This document shows positions 62,620 to 64,000 of a stretch of DNA of 64,000 nt, piece by piece; within the stretch, counting starts at the first letter, position 1; each line of letters opens with the position of its first letter. Made by a program: the position numbers and the translations under genes. Under the pieces are notes generated by a model that was given only the letters and a program-made list of their open reading frames with translations, was not told the DNA's origin and made no database searches. The DNA comes from a virus, in the IMG/VR virus record IMGVR_UViG_3300020048_000070, positions 1 through 64,000 of that record; one strand, given 5' to 3'.

Positions 62620-62644
62620 AGGCTGTTTTCTGCATAATTTTAAT

Positions 62645-62676
62645 AAAAGGCTACTTGTGTATCAAGTAGCCTTTTT
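62645..62676. terminator. Bidirectional intrinsic terminator
   Basis: 13-bp stem AAAAGGCTACTTG/CAAGTAGCCTTTT. Confidence 0.75.
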
Positions 62677-62792
62677 CGTTTAATGGTGAGGCGTATACAG
62701 CTTTTGAATAGGCAATACACTGTATTGCTCAATACAAAAACATATTGACAGCTTAATACTATTATGTTATATATAGCGTAGTTTATAAAGTT

Positions 62793-62971
62793 TGGTTGGT
62801 TAGAAGGAAAAACGGCAGTAGGATTGTGGAAACGAACAGGTATCGTGCTGATACTCATTCCTGGGCGCAGGACAAAAATGAGAGGTCACTGATATACTCG
62901 GAATCCTAAATGTAGATAATGCCAGTCGCAAGGCATAACTTGACACCTAATCCACTACTTCTAACCAACCA
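62793..62971 (+). ncRNA. Candidate ~180-nt structured ncRNA with its own promoter
   Basis: 14-bp perfect closing stem TGGTTGGTTAGAAG/CTTCTAACCAACCA; TTGACA (62745)-17 bp-TATATA promoter with extended TG just upstream. Confidence 0.55.
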
Positions 62972-63184
62972 TTTCATATTTAATAGGAGGTACTGTGGTG
63001 CCATTATCCAGTAAAATATACTATTTTGTTTTTGGGATGAGTTTCGGTTATTGCTCTTTATTCTTATATGAAGCTACTGCTAAGACCCCTAAAATAGCAG
63101 TTTTACTTAGTACTATTGGGGTAGCATTAGGCATTGCACTGGCTTCTATTGAGTTAGATAAACATTTCTCTACGGTAAGAAAAA

Positions 63185-63562
63185 ATGGCTGATAACTTAT
63201 TATTTGATCAAATATCTAATTTATGGACTAAACAAATTAAAGTAACTACTGAGACAAAGCCAGAATCAATCTATATGATTTCCAGGTTTCTATCATTATC
63301 TCCAGATGGGTTTCTACCAGCACTGGATATAAATCAAATATATGGCGCTCCAGAATGGAGTAAATTGCCATATCTGTTCCACGCACTTCCCCAGCAGTCT
63401 TCCCCAAGAAATAAATATCCTAAGATGGAAAAATCTAAGTTAACCCCAAAAAGACAGAGGGCCTTAGATAGAATATGTTATAAATTTTGTGTCAAACCTT
63501 TTCACGGTATGCAAGTATTGTTATTGCTTGAAAAACAAGGGATAAAAGTTGAGGCAGATTAA
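63185..63562 (+). CDS. Putative clamp loader small subunit (T4 gp62-like)
   Basis: YMISRFLS motif, 125 aa, near the gp44-like gene. Confidence 0.5.
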   Translation: MADNLLFDQISNLWTKQIKVTTETKPESIYMISRFLSLSPDGFLPALDINQIYGAPEWSKLPYLFHALPQQSSPRNKYPKMEKSKLTPKRQRALDRICYKFCVKPFHGMQVLLLLEKQGIKVEAD

Positions 63563-64000
63563 TGGGATATTCAGAAGATCCCGCTATGGTGCGGGTAGAT
63601 TTTTTTAAACCAAGCGGTAAATGGTATACTACCGAGGCTGTAAAATGGACAGGAAAGTGGCATGGCAGCACAAAAGATGGTATTGCTACTAGGACAGATG
63701 TACAAATGATTCATGGAGCTTTTGCACAGTCATTACGGGATCATTTAGGGCAACGCCTAAACGATATGGATGCTATTTGTCTTCATCCATATCATGAACA
63801 TGAGCATCCTATCCAATTAAAGGCTGGTAGCTGGAACAATGAGAAAGTTTAAGTGCCACAATTTTAATCAAGAGCATCCAAAGATCATTACACTAACTGA
63901 AGAAGATATATTAGCCACATTAAACTACTGGGATTATTGGACTACGCGCATGCATAAATTAAACAGAACTTCTTTAATAAATAAAGAGAATTGTATCTTA

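Overview
The window is a 64-kb fragment of a large, AT-rich tailed bacteriophage (siphovirus-like). Bases 1-9.4 kb hold the minus-strand packaging/head/neck module: small and large terminase, portal, scaffold, a P22-type coat gene with an internal frameshift, head-tail adaptors and the start of the tail tube. From about 10 kb everything is on the plus strand. First comes a long run of small early genes, many preceded by repeated promoter/hairpin/RBS cassettes. Then come a radical SAM protein, an SF2 helicase, vWA proteins, a nicotinamidase-like enzyme and a TerY-PP2C-kinase triad. The last part is a replication module (primase, wHTH initiator, DnaB-like helicase, clamp and clamp loader), and six tRNA genes sit in two clusters. 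The standout is at 32.9-34.7 kb: a 317-aa IS110/Nop-domain protein with a degenerate N-terminal HNH fold. It is flanked on both sides by arrays of 36-nt dual-repeat units (6 + 17 units), each with two variable 8-9-nt spacers. This is the architecture of a TIGR-Tas RNA-guided DNA-targeting system, here probably nuclease-dead. Other items worth checking: an ArfA-motif peptide at the head of that operon, an inverted non-coding copy of an origin-like segment with compensatory changes, several candidate structured or tRNA-like RNAs, non-canonical tRNAs, and a conserved promoter-upstream box. All family calls come from motif recognition by eye; no database search was run.
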